Source of the DNA: Podarcis pityusensis
Lineage: Eukaryota
NCBI GenBank assembly: GCA_964106645.2
Contig: OZ067046.1
DNA: 64,000 bases
Strand: one strand, 5' to 3'
The notes below the pieces were generated by a model. The model was not told where the DNA came from. It saw only the letters and a list, made by a program, of their open reading frames with translations, and ran no database searches. A program made the translations under genes and the position numbers. Positions 61,169-64,000 of the stretch are shown here, piece by piece. The stretch's first letter is position 1. Every line of letters begins with the position of its first letter.

Positions 61169-64000
61169 CTGTCACAGCACAGCAATACACATAGTCACCA
61201 TTCCAGCAAGACGTAGTTGCCGCACGGCCATCACTTTGCCACATTCAAATCTTCAGGCGTGAGAGAACTTACCGGTGTGCATGTTAGGAATGCTAAACTC
61301 TTTCTGCAAACCACAGTGACAATGACATGGCAACTATTATAAATGTTTTGTGGAGAAACTGCAGGTGTTTGATTGTGTGCAGTGCTGACTACATTTGCCT
61401 GAACGTGCAATAAGCAAAACCAAGGATGTGGCAGGGACACCGGCAGAAGTCTCGCCTGCAACACTTCCTGGCATGTGATTAGCACAGAAAACCTTAAGAG
61501 GATTTAAGCATGTTCGACTGAACCACTTAGAGGCCTCTCTGTGAGTGGGGACCCTGACTTATTAGGGGATTACTGGGAGACTTTAAAATCTTCTTCAGAC
61601 CTTTGCACTTATTGCACAAAGATCTGAAAAGCAGCCTGCACACCTAGGGACACTCAGGCAGGGCTTAGGTGCACACCACAGCTCTTGGTTTTGCCTAGGA
61701 GATTTTCTATACCTTCTCCTGAAAACTTGACTGCAGGAAGAGCTTGGCAAGAATTATCTTTCCTTCCTCACCTTCTGCGGGAGCCTCCACTGAATCTCAG
61801 CCCCTCCCTTACACAGAAGGACAAGATAAATTCCAACCCATCCAGCCCTCCATCTTCATACCTGACTTATATCTTTATACCCGAATCAAGATGCTAAGCT
61901 GTATTATCTAATTTTCAATTGCTTTTTACCTCTATTTTTTAAGAAGTGTTCATTTGTGTTTGCATTGTTCATAAGGCATGCATGCATTTCTTCATTTCTA
62001 AAGTCCCCTTTCAAAACCTCATTGGGACTATTATTTCTAAAATTATGCACCGAGTAACCAAAATGTGCTTGATTGTCCAAAGGCCTCTGCAAAAAACCCG
62101 GAAGAGCCATTGCAATTCAACACAGTATCTTTCTTGTTTGACAGTAGCTTGCTTAACCTCCTCCTTGGGTTTCCTGGTCTATGCAAGAGCTGTCTGCTAA
62201 AATGGAGGCCACGGCACTTGTTCGTGAAACCAAGGTTCTCATTTCCATATCACTCTGCAGGCAGCATCTTGAAGTCTAATAAGGAGGTGGTCTCCAAGCT
62301 CTCCAGGGAGCTTGAAAGAATACTCAATAAATAAGAGTCATTTCTATCTCTCTCACGGTTTGGAGCTCAGTAGAGAAAGGCAGCAGTGCCTGAAAAGAAC
62401 AGCATCTACCAAGATATTGTCTTTCCCATTAATCACTGGTTGCACAAATTCATACTATTCAAGAATAACCTCCACATTTAAAATAGCCAAATCTTCTGAT
62501 TTTAGGTTTAAGTTAGACAATGGGGTTGCAAATGCCAGTAAGCAAAGACAGAATCCCAGAAGAATTGACACAATCCTCCTCCGTCCAATGGAGTGGAGGT
62601 GCACATGTATGAAGTCTTGCATGCTACAGCCATGTTTAAATCTTGTTTAGACCTTGGCTGAGAGTCCTGGAAAACCTGATCCCTGCCTTGCATGGCTTTT
62701 TCCACCTGGCCTGGACTGACTCCAGCTATAAAAGCCGAGGCTGCTGAACAGACTCTTGGACTGGAGTACTGTTTTTAGAGGGCTTTTGTTGCTGTTGTTG
62801 ATATTAATTTTTGTATCTTTATTTTTAGATCTTCTTAACGATTTATGTTGAAATGGCTCAACTTTGCATTGTGTACTTTTTGATACATTTTTTGTTTATG
62901 ACTACTTGTTAAGTTTGTAATTTTACATTTTTTTCATGTTGTAAGCTGCCTTGAGCATGGTTTTAACTGTGGAAAGATAGCAAGCAAACAAAATTCTGTT
63001 ATGCACAGCCATGTTCAAAGGCATCTCATAATAGCATAACCACCCAAGGCATTTGCACTTGCCAGGAATAAGAGGAGTCAAACTCTTCAGGCTCTCAATA
63101 CTGTTGGAAAGCAGCAAAGGGCCTTTAACTGCTAGTGTGACTTCCAGTGATATCAGTGTAGGCTGGAGATCATTGCTGGAAGGCAATTCCTCTTCTTGAT
63201 ACAGGGCAGTTGTCCTACCAGAAGTTGTGAAATGTATGGAGTTTGGGCAAAATCACACTTTCTATTCTCAATGTCTGTTGGTCCCTAGGATTGTGCTTAT
63301 TCAGAGGACACTCAGTAAAAACCAATATACTCTTTTTGGAAAAATGCTACTTCTTTATGGACTTCAAAGGAATTCATAAGAAACCACGTATCACTGATTA
63401 AAGTCTGTGATAATACAAAGTCAAATATTGCTGATGGGAACTAGGCCAGCTCAAAGCTTTCTTACCATGTTCACATGCTTCTAAACATTCACACAGTTTT
63501 AGCGTACAACTATCTTTGACATGGAAAATGCATCCCCCCTCCCAAGCTTGCTTCTTCAAGTTATTTTTCTGAGAATTTAGACTGCAAGTGCCTTCAGCAC
63601 AGGGATTCATCTACTTTTGCTTTCCACTGAAAATCACCACGCACAGGGTTATTATTAACTAAGCCTCAAATTTAGGTCTAGAGAGAGTTAAGATGCAGAT
63701 CAAGTAAAGAGCAAGCTAGTATTAAGAAGCGCAAGAGACCACATCTCTTGAAATTACGTCCCCCGTCCCCAAGTATTGAATCTAAAATTAACTATATCCT
63801 GGGTATTGTGTGTTCTGTGATTCTACACAACTGCAAAATGTTCTCTTTTGAAAGTTGGCCTTTCCATAAAAGCAAACTTCTAGCCATTGTGGTTGGGAAT
63901 ATGAGACTTAAAAGGTACGTTGACAGCACTGGCTTACTAGCCAAAGGGAGCAAGCAACAACTCTAACTTGTAGGAGGTGGAGCTTGGGTGCCCTGCTCCT

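Noticed and set aside
1-64000. CRISPR arrays, operons, rRNA or other prokaryote-type systems
   Set aside because: The sequence is vertebrate; no repeat-spacer arrays or rRNA similarity were seen, and the tandem repeats are simple microsatellites.

Overview
This is eukaryotic DNA from a squamate reptile, most likely a lacertid lizard, judged from its Sauria/Squam1, Squam2 and Squam3 SINEs and BovB LINEs. The right-hand ~17 kb holds the 3' part of WDR1 (AIP1, the actin-interacting WD40 protein) on the minus strand. Coding exons 4-15 (human numbering, 61168 down to the stop at 47918) splice into one continuous frame, followed by a ~1 kb 3'UTR with two AATAAA signals. Exons 1-3 were not found and presumably lie beyond the window. 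WDR1 intron 9 (51640-52211) is a minor-spliceosome U12-type AT-AC intron. The left ~46 kb has no recognisable host coding exon. It is a mosaic of BovB, CR1, L2, L1 and Penelope fragments, SINEs, solo LTRs, and hAT and Tc1/mariner MITEs, many with readable target-site duplications (TSDs) and several nested. By vertebrate synteny (inference only), this region should be upstream regulatory DNA of the urate transporter SLC2A9. It contains an HNF1/FOXA/ONECUT motif cluster, a diverged duplicated cassette with a conserved splice donor, and CTCF motifs. I find no evidence for a new multi-gene system; the notable signals concern splicing, regulation and transposon structure.
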